Below, in pieces: positions 49,736 through 60,311 of a DNA stretch of 64,000 nt. The first letter of the stretch is position 1. Every line of letters begins with the position of its first letter. Source of the stretch: an uncultured Lachnospiraceae bacterium (GTDB lineage Bacteria; Bacillota; Clostridia; Lachnospirales; Lachnospiraceae); contig CALWGV010000111.1 of NCBI GenBank assembly GCA_944380185.1, forward strand, positions 15,362 to 79,361, read 5' to 3'. The notes beneath the pieces were generated by a model. The model was not told where the DNA came from. It searched no databases and was given only the letters and a program-made list of their open reading frames with translations. The position numbers and the translations under genes are program-made.

Positions 49736-49764
49736 TTGACGATTCAAAAAAATCATATTATAAT
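49736..49764 (+). promoter_or_regulatory. Consensus sigma-A promoter for tRNA-Ser
   Basis: TTGACG (49736..49741), 17-nt spacer, TATAAT (49759..49764). Confidence 0.6.
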
Positions 49765-49808
49765 AGCAAACGTCGTCAGCGCTTTGTCTGCGGCAGTACA
49801 TGGTATAT

Positions 49809-49896
49809 GGAGACGTATCGAAGTGGTCATAACGAGCTTGACTCGAAATCAAGTTGTCGGGCAACCGGCACATGGGTTCGAATCCCATCGTCTCCG
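49809..49896 (+). tRNA. tRNA-Ser (anticodon CGA)
   Basis: Acceptor GGAGACG/CGTCTCC with G discriminator, 3-bp D stem, anticodon stem CTTGA/TCAAG with loop CTCGAAA, long variable arm, T arm ATGGG-TTCGAAT-CCCAT. Confidence 0.9.
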
Positions 49897-49900
49897 CCTC

Positions 49901-49933
49901 AAAAAGTCCAGTAAAACTGGACTTTTTCTTTTG
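49901..49933 (+). terminator. Rho-independent terminator after tRNA-Ser
   Basis: AAAAAGTCCAG-TAAAA-CTGGACTTTTT followed by CTTTTG. Confidence 0.75.
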
Positions 49934-49976
49934 TCACGCAAAATTTTATTCCTATAGGTTTTCGGCCTCATCCTTG

Positions 49977-50408
49977 CTATCGATTTCTTACCCGGAGGTA
50001 ATTGAGAAGCATAAGAACGGTCAGCACAGCCCAGATTCCGGAGGCCATGGCAGCTGTGCGGGGGAGTGCATACATGGTGTCCGCTATTTGGAACTGCTGC
50101 GGATTTTGGGGGTTGCAGTAGATAAGCAGCTCAAGCCCCGGATACATCCAGTAGGAATGACCGCGCTGCCTTACATTGTAGATGCTGCCTTCATAAGTGA
50201 AGGTAAATTCGGTCCATACATCGGCGGAATCAGCTGTGCTGAAGGCAGAGACTTCGGCACTCACCGGGCTCCATGTCTGACTGCGGTGAAAAATAAGCCC
50301 CCACAAAATCAGAGAAACGACGAGCAGGAGACCCAGGATAATACCGGTGATGCGAACCATGATCCTGGCATTTCGGGGATTGGATGAAAAAATATATCGA
50401 ATACGCAT
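49977..50408 (-). CDS. DUF3592-like membrane protein
   Basis: An N-terminal TM and a C-terminal TM flank a small beta-rich domain. RBS GGAGGA lies 8 nt upstream. Confidence 0.45.
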   Translation of the reverse strand: MRIRYIFSSNPRNARIMVRITGIILGLLLVVSLILWGLIFHRSQTWSPVSAEVSAFSTADSADVWTEFTFTYEGSIYNVRQRGHSYWMYPGLELLIYCNPQNPQQFQIADTMYALPRTAAMASGIWAVLTVLMLLNYLRVRNR

Positions 50409-50685
50409 GGGAATATCCTCCGTTTAAAGTGTTAAAACTATTGCAATTATAGGACGATTCCGCTGATTTGTCAGCCATTTTTTGCATGGCTTTTGGAAAA
50501 AGCCTCACATATAAAAAACCTTTGTTGATTTTGCCCCTCGGATTTGTTACAATCAATACACAGGAAGGCGAACAGTTATTTTGAATAAACCGGTATGTTT
50601 GTCTGGAAGGATAAATCTAATCACAAAATATAAAAGTCGGGTGGCTCTGCGGTTCAGCGCTCTCGCCATCTGCTGGGAGTAGAAA

Positions 50686-51888
50686 ATGAGAATTGACTGG
50701 AAAGCAATCAGACAATGGCTTTTTATCATTGCATTTGGAATTTTGCTGTACTGGGGACTCAATCATTTGGATCTAATCATCGGCGGTATCGGCAGTCTCG
50801 TGGGGATGGTGACGCCTTTCCTGTTTGGCGCTGCGGTGGCTTTTATCCTGCGGCGTCCTCTGGCTCGTATTGAGTCGCTGATTTTGCGTCTGGCTTCTGT
50901 GAAAGGGTTTGGCTTTTTAAAAAGGATCAGCCGATTCTTGGGGATTCTTCTGACTTTTCTGCTTTTTATTGCGGTGCTGATTCTCGTGATGTTCCTAGTC
51001 ATACCGGAATTTGTGCGGGCGGTCAGTATTTTGGTTACCAGCCTTGAACAGTTTATCCGCCGTCTGCAGAGTCAATCGGATGAATGGGATTTTCTGTCAC
51101 AGCAGATGATTGACTGGATCAACAGTCTGCAGATTGATTGGAATGCTCTGGGCAATGAGGTGAAAAACTGGCTTATCAGCGGAGCAGGTACAGTACTGGG
51201 CGGTACGGTGGGGGCGGTGAGCGCCGTATTCTCCGGTGTGGTAAACACTTTTATGGCATTGGTGTTCAGTATATATCTGCTGTCTCAGAAGGAAAAATTG
51301 GGGCGGCAGTTTACCAGGCTGTTCTACGCCATACTGCCGGATAAACAGGCAAAAGGGCTCTTAGACATGCTGTCCATGGCGGGAGATACTTTTTCCAATT
51401 TCTTTTCCGGTCAGATTACAGAGGCGGTAATTCTGGGAAGTATGTTTTTCATCAGCATGAGCATTTTCCAGTTTCCCTACGCGCTGGTGATCAGCGTGCT
51501 GATTGCCGTGCTTGCGCTGATCCCGATCTTTGGCGCTTTCATTGGCTGCGCCACGGGGGCCTTCCTGATCGTAATGGTGGATCCCATGAAGGCGCTGTGG
51601 TTTGTGATCATGTTCCTGGTCATTCAGCAGATCGAAGGAAATCTGATTTATCCCAGAGTGGTGGGGAGTTCTGTGGGGCTGCCTTCCATCTGGGTGCTGG
51701 TGGCGGTTACCGTGGGCGGAAGTGCCATGGGTATCATTGGCATGGTGCTGTTTATTCCTCTGTTTTCCGTCTTCTATAATCTTCTCAGGGTTTGGACCGG
51801 CAGACGGCTGGCCCTAAAGGAGGCCAGCCGCAAAGCGGCGGAGCGTGCGGATGCAGATGATGAGGACGGGACAGAGAAAAAGCTGTAA
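50686..51888 (+). CDS. AI-2E family transporter (PerM/YhhT-like)
   Basis: About 8 TM helices with the C-terminal conserved IQQIEGNLIYPRVVG motif. Confidence 0.85.
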   Translation: MRIDWKAIRQWLFIIAFGILLYWGLNHLDLIIGGIGSLVGMVTPFLFGAAVAFILRRPLARIESLILRLASVKGFGFLKRISRFLGILLTFLLFIAVLILVMFLVIPEFVRAVSILVTSLEQFIRRLQSQSDEWDFLSQQMIDWINSLQIDWNALGNEVKNWLISGAGTVLGGTVGAVSAVFSGVVNTFMALVFSIYLLSQKEKLGRQFTRLFYAILPDKQAKGLLDMLSMAGDTFSNFFSGQITEAVILGSMFFISMSIFQFPYALVISVLIAVLALIPIFGAFIGCATGAFLIVMVDPMKALWFVIMFLVIQQIEGNLIYPRVVGSSVGLPSIWVLVAVTVGGSAMGIIGMVLFIPLFSVFYNLLRVWTGRRLALKEASRKAAERADADDEDGTEKKL

Positions 51889-52004
51889 AAGGATAAGAAA
51901 AAGCAAGAGTAAGAATATAAGAAAAAACGCAAAAAGAGTACAGCGAAAAATAAGGCAGAAAAGCCCCTTTTGCTGTACTTTTTTTGCGCGGTTATTTAAA
52001 AATT

Positions 52005-52811
52005 TCAAAGAGGATAAAAGGACGGTTTGCGTTTGGAGAAGACGGCATAGTAGCAAAACCCCAGCGACTTTAACCGTTCGCCCGTCTCCACAAAATAATC
52101 GCCCAGATGATCCGGACTGTGAGCGTCGGAGCCAAGAGTGATGAGTTCACCGCCCAGCTCGCGGTAGCGGGCCAGAAGATGGTCGTGGGGGTGCTGGAAA
52201 GGCAGGCCGCTTTTGATGCCCCCGGTATTGATTTCCAGACCGATTCCCTTGTCCAGAAGGATGTGCAAAATAGCGTCCATCAAATCCGGCCATTCATGCC
52301 AGGCATCCGTGACGGAGCGGTCCCCGCAGCGGAAAATATAGTCCATATGACCAAGAACATCGAAAACGGGATCAAAAGTTTCCAGGCATGATAGCATGGT
52401 CTCAAAATAAGACAGATAGGCCTCGCGAGCAGTACGTCCGGCAAAGTAGTCTGCAAAGTAAGGGTCCAATCGATCGGCCAAATGAATGGAACCGATGACA
52501 AAATCCCAGGGAGAAGACTGGATGTACCGGATTATCCGCTGCCGGCAGGAATTTTCCAGCCCAATCTCCACACCGGTGCGAATCTGGAGCTTTCCTTCAT
52601 ATTCCCGCCGCAGATTCTCTATGAAAGGAAAATAGGCTTTTGGATCAAGGTCAAAGGAAATTTGATATTGCGGGGGATAATCAAAGTCCATGTGATCGGT
52701 AAAACACAGAGAGGTCATCCCGAGCCGGAGAGCCTGCTCAATGTGCTCCCTTGGATGCGTCTTGCTGTCAGGGGAAAAGAATGTATGTACGTGACTGTCA
52801 GAATAATACAT
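52005..52811 (-). CDS. hisK: Histidinol-phosphatase, HisJ family (PHP domain)
   Basis: MYYSDSHVHTFFSPDS, TDHMD and GSDAH motifs. Confidence 0.8.
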   Translation of the reverse strand: MYYSDSHVHTFFSPDSKTHPREHIEQALRLGMTSLCFTDHMDFDYPPQYQISFDLDPKAYFPFIENLRREYEGKLQIRTGVEIGLENSCRQRIIRYIQSSPWDFVIGSIHLADRLDPYFADYFAGRTAREAYLSYFETMLSCLETFDPVFDVLGHMDYIFRCGDRSVTDAWHEWPDLMDAILHILLDKGIGLEINTGGIKSGLPFQHPHDHLLARYRELGGELITLGSDAHSPDHLGDYFVETGERLKSLGFCYYAVFSKRKPSFYPL

Positions 52812-52995
52812 GAGGATTCTCCTTGCGATATGATTTGGCCTGCCGGAGAGATTTCGGCGGCTTAAATTTTATTTTATCTAATTTTGATGAAAAGAGCAAA
52901 TGAAACCTTTTGATTGCAATGCAAAGCGGTGATGTTTTGCTGTGGAAAACAGGAAAAGAGAAATGCAAAATCCAGGTAAAAGTTAAAAATAATAC

Positions 52996-53024
52996 TTGCT
53001 ATTTTTGGACAAAGTGGTTAGAAT
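52996..53024 (+). promoter_or_regulatory. Candidate promoter of gap
   Basis: TTGCTA (52996..53001), 17-nt spacer, TAGAAT (53019..53024), about 55 nt upstream of the gap ATG. Confidence 0.45.
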
Positions 53025-53080
53025 AAGATTGATTGAATAAGTGTTAAGCCTTATTACAATAACATTTAGGAGGAACTATT

Positions 53081-54094
53081 ATGGCAGTAAAAGTAGCAAT
53101 TAACGGTTTTGGACGTATTGGCCGTCTGGCTTTCCGTCAGATGTTCGGTGCTGAGGGTTACGAGATCGTTGCAATCAACGATCTGACCAGCCCCAAGATG
53201 CTGGCTCACCTTCTGAAGTATGATTCTTCTCAGGGTAAGTATGCTCTGGCCGATACCGTTACCTATTCTGATAACTCCATTACCGTAGACGGCAAGGAGA
53301 TCACGATCTATGCTGAGAAGGATGCCGCTAATCTGCCTTGGGGCGAGCTGGGTGTTGATGTTGTTCTGGAGTGCACCGGCTTCTATACCTCCAAGGAGAA
53401 GGCTTCCGCTCATGTTAAGGCCGGAGCTAAGAAGGTTGTTATCTCCGCTCCCGCCGGCAATGATCTGCCTACCATCGTATACAATGTAAACCATGAGACC
53501 CTGAAGAAAGAGGATACCGTTATTTCCGCAGCCAGCTGCACCACCAACTGCCTGGCTCCGATGGCTAAGGCCCTGAATGACCTGGCTCCCATCAAGAGCG
53601 GTATTATGTGCACCATCCATGCCTACACCGGCGATCAGATGATACTGGATGGTCCTCAGAGAAAGGGCGATCTGAGAAGATCCCGCGCTGCTGCGATCAA
53701 TATCGTTCCCAACTCCACCGGTGCTGCCAAGGCGATCGGCCTGGTTATCCCCGAGCTGAACGGCAAGCTGATCGGCGCTGCTCAGCGCGTACCTACTCCT
53801 ACCGGCTCCACCACGATCCTGACCGCTGTGGTTGAGGGCAATGTGACCAAGGAGCAGATCAATGACGCCATGAAGGCTGCTTCCACCGAGTCCTTCGGCT
53901 ACAACACCGACGAGATCGTTTCCAGCGATATCGTTGGCATGAAGTACGGCTCCCTGTTCGATGCCACCCAGACCATGGTTCTGCCTCTGGACAATGGCAC
54001 CACCGAGGTGCAGGTTGTTTCCTGGTATGACAATGAGAATTCCTATGTGAGCCAGATGGTTCGCACCATCAAGTACTTCGCTGAGCTGGCTTAA
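53081..54094 (+). CDS. gap: Type I glyceraldehyde-3-phosphate dehydrogenase
   Basis: INGFGRIGR, and active site [10 protein letters not shown]. Confidence 0.95.
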   Translation: MAVKVAINGFGRIGRLAFRQMFGAEGYEIVAINDLTSPKMLAHLLKYDSSQGKYALADTVTYSDNSITVDGKEITIYAEKDAANLPWGELGVDVVLECTGFYTSKEKASAHVKAGAKKVVISAPAGNDLPTIVYNVNHETLKKEDTVISAASCTTNCLAPMAKALNDLAPIKSGIMCTIHAYTGDQMILDGPQRKGDLRRSRAAAINIVPNSTGAAKAIGLVIPELNGKLIGAAQRVPTPTGSTTILTAVVEGNVTKEQINDAMKAASTESFGYNTDEIVSSDIVGMKYGSLFDATQTMVLPLDNGTTEVQVVSWYDNENSYVSQMVRTIKYFAELA

Positions 54095-54141
54095 TCGTCT
54101 TTCGGCGTAAGACAAGTTCATAGGGTACAGCGAATGACCTA

Positions 54142-54171
54142 AAAGGGTCCGGTCTTAGGACCGGGCCCTTT
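54142..54171 (+). terminator. Hairpin (terminator or attenuator) between gap and pgk
   Basis: AAAGGGTCCGGTC-TTAG-GACCGGGCCCTTT, 13 bp with one G-U pair. Confidence 0.6.
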
Positions 54172-54320
54172 ATATCTGATGTCTGAGCCGGATATCGTAA
54201 ATTGCAGGAGTCCAATGTAGCTTTCAGAATCAGGAACCTTTTTTGATTCTGGTATCATAGGGGTCAAAATACCTTTTGACTCCAGCATCATATAATCGAA
54301 GATAAGAACAGGAGTCTATT

Positions 54321-55541
54321 ATGCTGAATAAGAAAACAGTAGATGACATTAATGTAAAGGGGCGCAGAGTTCTGGTTCGCTGCGATTTCAATGTGCCGCT
54401 GAAGAACGGAGAGATCACGGACGAGACCCGTATCGTGGCTGCCCTGCCCACTATCAAAAAGCTGATCGCCGATGGCGCAAAGGTGATCCTTTGCTCTCAT
54501 CTGGGCAAGGTTAAGAATGGTCCCAACGAAGGTGAGTCCCTTGCTCCCGTGGCGAAGAGACTGTCCGAGAAGCTGGGCAAAGAAGTGATCTTTGTATCGG
54601 ATTACAATGTGACCGGCGAAGCGGCTACCAAAGCTGTGGAGGCTATGCAGCCCGGCGACGTGGTGCTGCTGCAGAATACCCGTTTCCGCGGCAAGGAGGA
54701 GACGAAGAACGGCGAGGAGTTCTCCAAGGAGCTGGCTGATCTGGCGGACGACTATGTATGCGATGCCTTCGGCTCTTCTCATCGCGCTCACGCTTCCGTG
54801 GCCGGTGTGACCAAGTTTATCACGGCCAAGGGCGGCTCCAATGTGGTCGGCTATCTGATGGAGAAGGAGATCAATTTCCTGGGCAATGCCGTTGAGAATC
54901 CGGTTCGTCCTTTTGTCGCTATCCTGGGCGGTGCCAAGGTGGCGGACAAGCTGAATGTCATCAACAATCTTTTGGAGAAGTGCGATACGCTGATCATCGG
55001 GGGCGGCATGGCTTACACCTTCCTGAAGGCCAAAGGCTATGAGGTTGGTACCTCCCTGGTGGATGATGAGAAGATCGACTACTGCAAGGAGATGATGGAG
55101 AAGGCGGAGAAGCTGGGCAAAAAACTGCTCCTGCCGATCGATACCACTATTGCAGATGCTTTCCCGGATCCCATTGACGCTCCGATCGAGGTCAGCGTGG
55201 TTCCTTCCAATGAAATTCCTGCCGATAAGATGGGTCTGGATATCGGGCCGAAGACCGCAGAGCTGTTTGCCGAGGCTATCAAATCTGCCAAGACGGTTGT
55301 CTGGAACGGACCTATGGGCGTATTTGAGAATCCGATTCTTGCCAAGGGCACTCTGGCTGTGGCGCAGGCTATGGCGGATGCCGATGCCACCACGATCATC
55401 GGCGGCGGCGACTCTGCTGCAGCAGTCAACCAGCTGGGCTTTGGCGATAAGATGAGCCATATCTCCACCGGCGGCGGGGCTTCTCTGGAGTTCCTGGAAG
55501 GCAAGGAGCTGCCCGGCGTTATGGCGGCTGACGATAAATAA
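54321..55541 (+). CDS. pgk: Phosphoglycerate kinase
   Basis: [17 protein letters not shown] and the [23 protein letters not shown] motifs. Confidence 0.95.
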   Translation: MLNKKTVDDINVKGRRVLVRCDFNVPLKNGEITDETRIVAALPTIKKLIADGAKVILCSHLGKVKNGPNEGESLAPVAKRLSEKLGKEVIFVSDYNVTGEAATKAVEAMQPGDVVLLQNTRFRGKEETKNGEEFSKELADLADDYVCDAFGSSHRAHASVAGVTKFITAKGGSNVVGYLMEKEINFLGNAVENPVRPFVAILGGAKVADKLNVINNLLEKCDTLIIGGGMAYTFLKAKGYEVGTSLVDDEKIDYCKEMMEKAEKLGKKLLLPIDTTIADAFPDPIDAPIEVSVVPSNEIPADKMGLDIGPKTAELFAEAIKSAKTVVWNGPMGVFENPILAKGTLAVAQAMADADATTIIGGGDSAAAVNQLGFGDKMSHISTGGGASLEFLEGKELPGVMAADDK

Positions 55542-55567
55542 ATAATTCCCTAGGAGGACAGTATATT

Positions 55568-56320
55568 ATGGCAAGAAGAAAGATTATTGCCGGCAACTGG
55601 AAGATGAACATGACGCCCAGTGAGGCTGTGGCTCTCATTGAGACGCTGAAGCCTCTGGTGGCCACCGATGAGGCGGACGTAGTGTTCTGCGTGCCTGCCA
55701 TCGACATCATTCCGGCGATGGAGGCAGCTAAGGGCTCCAACATCTGCATCGGCGCCGAGAATATGTACTTTGAGGAGAAAGGCGCTTATACGGGCGAGAT
55801 TTCTCCGAATATGCTGGTGGATGCCGGCGTAAAATATGTGATCATCGGTCATTCCGAGAGAAGAGAGTATTTTGCCGAGACCGATGAGACCGTAAATAAG
55901 AAGGTGCTGAAGGCCTTCGAGCACGGTATCACTCCTATTATCTGCTGCGGCGAGACGCTGACCCAGCGGGAGCAGGGCGTGACCATCGATTTCATCCGTC
56001 AGCAGGTGAAGATTGCGTTCCTGGGGGTGACGGCCGAGCAGGCAGCCACCGCAGTAATCGCCTATGAGCCCATCTGGGCAATCGGTACCGGCAAGGTGGC
56101 GACCACTGAGCAGGCCGAAGAGGTTTGTGCAGCGATCCGCGCCTGCATCGCTGAGATCTATGATGAGGCGACGGCTGAGGCCATTCGCATCCAGTATGGC
56201 GGAAGCGTATCTGCCGCCAGCGCTCCCGAGCTTTTCGCTCAGCCCGACATCGACGGCGGACTGGTAGGAGGCGCGGCGCTGAAGCCTGACTTTGGCAAGA
56301 TTGTGAATTATAATAAATAA
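55568..56320 (+). CDS. tpiA: Triose-phosphate isomerase
   Basis: AGNWKMN, GHSERR and [12 protein letters not shown]. Confidence 0.95.
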   Translation: MARRKIIAGNWKMNMTPSEAVALIETLKPLVATDEADVVFCVPAIDIIPAMEAAKGSNICIGAENMYFEEKGAYTGEISPNMLVDAGVKYVIIGHSERREYFAETDETVNKKVLKAFEHGITPIICCGETLTQREQGVTIDFIRQQVKIAFLGVTAEQAATAVIAYEPIWAIGTGKVATTEQAEEVCAAIRACIAEIYDEATAEAIRIQYGGSVSAASAPELFAQPDIDGGLVGGAALKPDFGKIVNYNK

Positions 56321-56391
56321 GAAAAATGCTGGACGGGGGCAGGTATTTTATCTGCCCTCGTTTCGGGTCTGAAGAAGGAGAATCGAACAAA

Positions 56392-57930
56392 ATGGGCAAG
56401 AAACCTACAGTTTTGATGATTTTGGACGGCTATGGCCTCAACGACCGCGTGGAGGGAAATGCAGTGGCCGAGGCGAAGACGCCGGTCATGGACCGCCTGA
56501 TGGCGGAGTATCCTTTTGTGAAGGGCAATGCCAGCGGCTTGGCCGTGGGCCTGCCGGATGGACAGATGGGCAATTCCGAGGTGGGCCATATGAATATGGG
56601 TGCCGGACGGATCGTTTACCAGGATCTGACCCGGATCACCAAGGAGATCCAGGATGGAGATTTCTTTGAAAATCCGGCTCTCCTTGCCGCAGTGGAAAAC
56701 TGCAAGAAAAATGACTCTGCTCTGCATCTGTACGGATTGGTGTCGGACGGCGGCGTGCACAGTCACAATACCCACATCTATGCGCTGTTAGAGCTGGCCA
56801 AGCGTCATGGCCTGGAAAAGGTGTATGTACACTGCTTCCTGGACGGCCGCGACACGCCGCCGACATCCGGTGCCGGATATGTGAAAGAACTGTGCGATAA
56901 GATGCAGGAAATCGGCGTAGGCCGCGTCGGCGTTATCAGCGGCCGCTACTATGCAATGGATCGCGACAATCGCTGGGATCGCGTGGAGAAAGCCTTCCGC
57001 GCTTTGACCCTGGGTGAAGGCGTGAAGGGCACCGATCCGGTGCAGGCCATCGAGGATTCCTATGCGCAGGGCGTCAACGATGAGTTCGTCCTTCCCACCG
57101 TGATGATGGATGGAGATAAGCCGGTGACGACGATTCAGGATAAGGATTCCATTATCTTCTTTAATTTCCGCCCGGATCGCGCCAGAGAGATCACCCGCGC
57201 TTTCTGCGCCGATGAGTTTGACGGATTTGATCGCGGCGAAAAGAAGGAGCTGACCTATGTCTGCTTCACAGAATACGATGTGACGATTCCCAATAAGCTG
57301 GTGGCTTTCCACAAAATCCAGCTGACCAACACCTTCGGTGAATTCTTGGCGGCCAATCATCTGACCCAGGCCCGTATCGCCGAGACAGAGAAGTACGCTC
57401 ATGTAACCTTCTTCTTCAACGGCGGTGTGGAGGCTCCCAACGAGGGCGAGGATCGTATTCTGGTCAACTCTCCCAAGGTGGCGACCTATGACCTGCAGCC
57501 GGAGATGAGCGCTCCCGAGGTCTGCGACCGGCTGGTGGAGGCGATTACTGGCGGCAAGTACGATGTGATCATCGTCAATTTTGCCAATCCCGACATGGTT
57601 GGCCACACCGGTGTGGAGTCCGCAGCCATCAAGGCTATCGAGACAGTGGACACCTGTGTGGGCAGAGCGGTGGATGCGCTGATCCAGGCCGATGGCGTCA
57701 TGTTCCTCTGCGCCGATCATGGCAACGCGGAGCAGTTGATCGATTATGAGACCGGCGAGCCTTTTACGGCTCACACTACCAATCCGGTGCCGTTTATTCT
57801 GATCAACGATAAGAAGGGCAGAAAGCTGCGGGAGGGCGGCTGTCTGGCGGATATCGCTCCGACGCTCATCGAGCTGATGGGACTGACGCAGCCGGCTGAG
57901 ATGACGGGCAAGAGCTTGTTGATCGGCTAA
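56392..57930 (+). CDS. gpmI: 2,3-bisphosphoglycerate-independent phosphoglycerate mutase
   Basis: Start at [15 protein letters not shown] behind GAAGGAG. Also [12 protein letters not shown] and ADHGNAE. Confidence 0.95.
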   Translation: MGKKPTVLMILDGYGLNDRVEGNAVAEAKTPVMDRLMAEYPFVKGNASGLAVGLPDGQMGNSEVGHMNMGAGRIVYQDLTRITKEIQDGDFFENPALLAAVENCKKNDSALHLYGLVSDGGVHSHNTHIYALLELAKRHGLEKVYVHCFLDGRDTPPTSGAGYVKELCDKMQEIGVGRVGVISGRYYAMDRDNRWDRVEKAFRALTLGEGVKGTDPVQAIEDSYAQGVNDEFVLPTVMMDGDKPVTTIQDKDSIIFFNFRPDRAREITRAFCADEFDGFDRGEKKELTYVCFTEYDVTIPNKLVAFHKIQLTNTFGEFLAANHLTQARIAETEKYAHVTFFFNGGVEAPNEGEDRILVNSPKVATYDLQPEMSAPEVCDRLVEAITGGKYDVIIVNFANPDMVGHTGVESAAIKAIETVDTCVGRAVDALIQADGVMFLCADHGNAEQLIDYETGEPFTAHTTNPVPFILINDKKGRKLREGGCLADIAPTLIELMGLTQPAEMTGKSLLIG

Positions 57931-57968
57931 GCAGCCGGTATCTGCTGCTTTATTCTATTATCGGAAAT

Positions 57969-58020
57969 AATCCCGGCGGCGGGCCTGCTTGGACAAAAGC
58001 TGGCTGTTGCCGGGATTTTC
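57969..58020 (+). terminator. Hairpin after gpmI
   Basis: AATCCCGGC ... GCCGGGATT stem around a structured loop, followed by TTC. Confidence 0.5.
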
Positions 58021-58062
58021 TGCAGGCAAGCTGCGTGAAATAATCATGAGGAGGTTGGACAG

Positions 58063-59496
58063 ATGACACAGACGCTGCCGCAGCTGATGAATTTATGTAA
58101 AAAGTACTGCAATATGCTGGACAGGGCAGGGATCGGTTCCCAGGACAAATCCCTTTCTCTTTGGCAGATCTGCAAGATTGATTTCTTGCAGTTTCTCGCC
58201 CACATGGCTTCCGGGGACGGGGGAGTCTGCTATCGGGAGACGATGTTTATCCGGGATAACTTGGGATTCCGCTTTACTCCGGATCAGCTGACCGTGTTTA
58301 AATATGAGAGAAATCTGGACAGCGAATCCTTTCGAAGCCGGATTCCCACGGCAGTTACCTACTTTGCCAATGCAGACGTCAATGCGCCGGATAAGCTGCC
58401 GGGCATACGTACGGCGGTGACCAGAACCCTGGTGGATACCTACCGGCAGCTGGGGGAGGAGTTTATCGCCTGCAATAATCAGGTCAGCGACCGTGAGCTG
58501 GAGGACTTCACGCAGTACATGGCTCTCCTGGAAAACTATATGAAGCTCAAGGGTATCCGCGACCATGAAAGAACGGGAGGGACAGAGGACAATCCGGCCG
58601 GGAATCAGAGGCAGGTGACACGGCAGACTACAGCAGAAGAGAACCCGGGAAAGACAGTCCAAAGGGCACAGGAAGAGAAAACTGTGGAGGAATACCTGGC
58701 GGAGTTAAACAGCCTGACGGGCCTTTACGCTGTCAAACAGGAGGTCAATACACTGGTAAATCTGATCCGCGTGCGGGGAATGCGAGAAAAAATGGGATTG
58801 AAACCTCCGTCTGTTTCCCTGCATATGGTTTTCTCGGGTAATCCCGGCACGGGAAAAACTACGGTAGCCAGACTCTTGTCCGGTATCTACAAGGCGCTGG
58901 GACTGCTTTCAAAAGGGCATCTGGTGGAAGTGGATCGCTCCGGGCTGGTCAGCGGCTACATCGGGCAGACGGCGACGAAGGTTCAGGAGGTGGTGAAGGA
59001 GGCCTTGGGCGGCGTGCTGTTTATCGACGAGGCTTATGCGCTGACTGCAGGCAAAGGAGAGGGTGATTTTGGCCAGGAGGCAGTGGATACGCTGCTGAAG
59101 GCCATGGAAGACCATCGGGATGAACTGGTGGTCGTTGTGGCTGGCTATCCGGATCTGATGAACGAATTCCTTAATTCCAACCCCGGGCTGCGATCGAGGT
59201 TCAATAAGTTTTTGTACTTTGAGGACTATAAAGCGGAAGAGCTGGTGGAAATTTTAAAGGGAATGTGTGAAAAAGCGGATTATCGTCTATCGCCGGAGGC
59301 GGAACAATACGCACGGGATTTTTTTGTCAAAAGGATAGAAGAAAAGCTTCCGGGCTTTGCCAATGCCAGGGATGCCAGGAATTTTTTTGAAAAAGCGGTG
59401 GCGAATCAGGCGACTCGTATTGTAAATTTACCTGAGATTGATGAATCTGTATTGCAAACTTTACAGATTGATGATTTACAAACGATAGAATTATAG
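58063..59496 (+). CDS. AAA+ ATPase of the CbbX/SpoVK type with a roughly 200-aa N-terminal non-ATPase domain
   Basis: Walker A GNPGTGKTT, Walker B VLFIDEAY, SRF sensor region, and AGY...PGLRSRF typical of SpoVK/CbbX. The N-terminal region contains AHMASGDGGVCYRE, reminiscent of the TerB-like A-x-ADG-x(4)-E pattern. Confidence 0.8.
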   Translation: MTQTLPQLMNLCKKYCNMLDRAGIGSQDKSLSLWQICKIDFLQFLAHMASGDGGVCYRETMFIRDNLGFRFTPDQLTVFKYERNLDSESFRSRIPTAVTYFANADVNAPDKLPGIRTAVTRTLVDTYRQLGEEFIACNNQVSDRELEDFTQYMALLENYMKLKGIRDHERTGGTEDNPAGNQRQVTRQTTAEENPGKTVQRAQEEKTVEEYLAELNSLTGLYAVKQEVNTLVNLIRVRGMREKMGLKPPSVSLHMVFSGNPGTGKTTVARLLSGIYKALGLLSKGHLVEVDRSGLVSGYIGQTATKVQEVVKEALGGVLFIDEAYALTAGKGEGDFGQEAVDTLLKAMEDHRDELVVVVAGYPDLMNEFLNSNPGLRSRFNKFLYFEDYKAEELVEILKGMCEKADYRLSPEAEQYARDFFVKRIEEKLPGFANARDARNFFEKAVANQATRIVNLPEIDESVLQTLQIDDLQTIEL

Positions 59497-59593
59497 GTAT
59501 AATAAATGTACAAAAATATGGCTGGAGGAGCCGGAATATTCCCCCTCTTCACAGGAGGGTTATGATAGAGGAAAACGTAGGGAAAAGGAGAAA

Positions 59594-60268
59594 ATGATGA
59601 AAAAGAAAGCAGTATGGGTATTGGTTGTGACGTTGGCGGTAGGCTTGCTGGGAGGATGCAGCGCCTTTTCTGATTTCGGTTCTTCCGATTACGGCGCTTA
59701 TGTTCAGAGCCTTCTGGATGTGGAGTATAAGGGTACCACAGATAAGTATATGGAGCTGACCGAGGACACGCAGGAGAACGCTGACGCCTTCTATCCGGCC
59801 TGCATGGAATATTGGGCAAATATTCTGGCGGATTATTTTCTGATCGTGCCGGATATCAGCACCGAGGTGGAAGAGAGATTGATCGCGCTGACGGAGGACG
59901 TCTTCTCTCATGTGCGCTATGAGGTGGCGGATGCAGTAAAATCCGGCGACTATTACACGGTGGAGGTGACAGTCTATCCGATGCTGTTTGTGAGCGCGGC
60001 TTACGATGAGGTGAATGCCTATGCGGCGGACTTTCAGGCCAGAAGCGATGCGGGAGAGCACGGCGACTATATGGAAGATGACGCGGCCTACACGGCCCGG
60101 GAAATCGAATATGCCAACGGCGTGATGGATATTCTGGATACCTATGTGGACAACATCGAGTATGATGAGCCGGTGTCTAAGATTGTCAAGATTACCGTAG
60201 ATGATGATGGATACTATGGCATCAGCGATGAGGACTATGCCGATCTGGAGAATTACCTGCTCTATTGA
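59594..60268 (+). CDS. Acidic lipoprotein, function unknown
   Basis: MMKKKAVWVLVVTLAVGLLGGCSAF lipoprotein signal. Asp/Glu/Tyr-rich mature part. RBS AAAGGAGAAAA. Confidence 0.6.
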   Translation: MMKKKAVWVLVVTLAVGLLGGCSAFSDFGSSDYGAYVQSLLDVEYKGTTDKYMELTEDTQENADAFYPACMEYWANILADYFLIVPDISTEVEERLIALTEDVFSHVRYEVADAVKSGDYYTVEVTVYPMLFVSAAYDEVNAYAADFQARSDAGEHGDYMEDDAAYTAREIEYANGVMDILDTYVDNIEYDEPVSKIVKITVDDDGYYGISDEDYADLENYLLY

Positions 60269-60311
60269 TTTTGCCTCCGAATAAAGGCGAGAAGACAGGA
60301 GGGGTTATTCA

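Noticed and set aside
49628-49977. Integrated mobile element at tRNA-Ser
   Set aside because: There is no integrase, recombinase or phage gene on either flank. I did not spot a direct repeat of the tRNA 3' end. Only the small XRE/orphan pair is nearby, and that is kept as a low-level finding.
53066-55460. 351-aa and 390-aa minus-strand ORFs opposite gap and pgk
   Set aside because: Antisense shadows of highly conserved glycolytic genes. The same applies to 61470..62798 (+) opposite eno, 44934..46136 (-) opposite the GH1 gene, 39067..40023 (-), 46535..47665 (-) and 22174..23208 (-).
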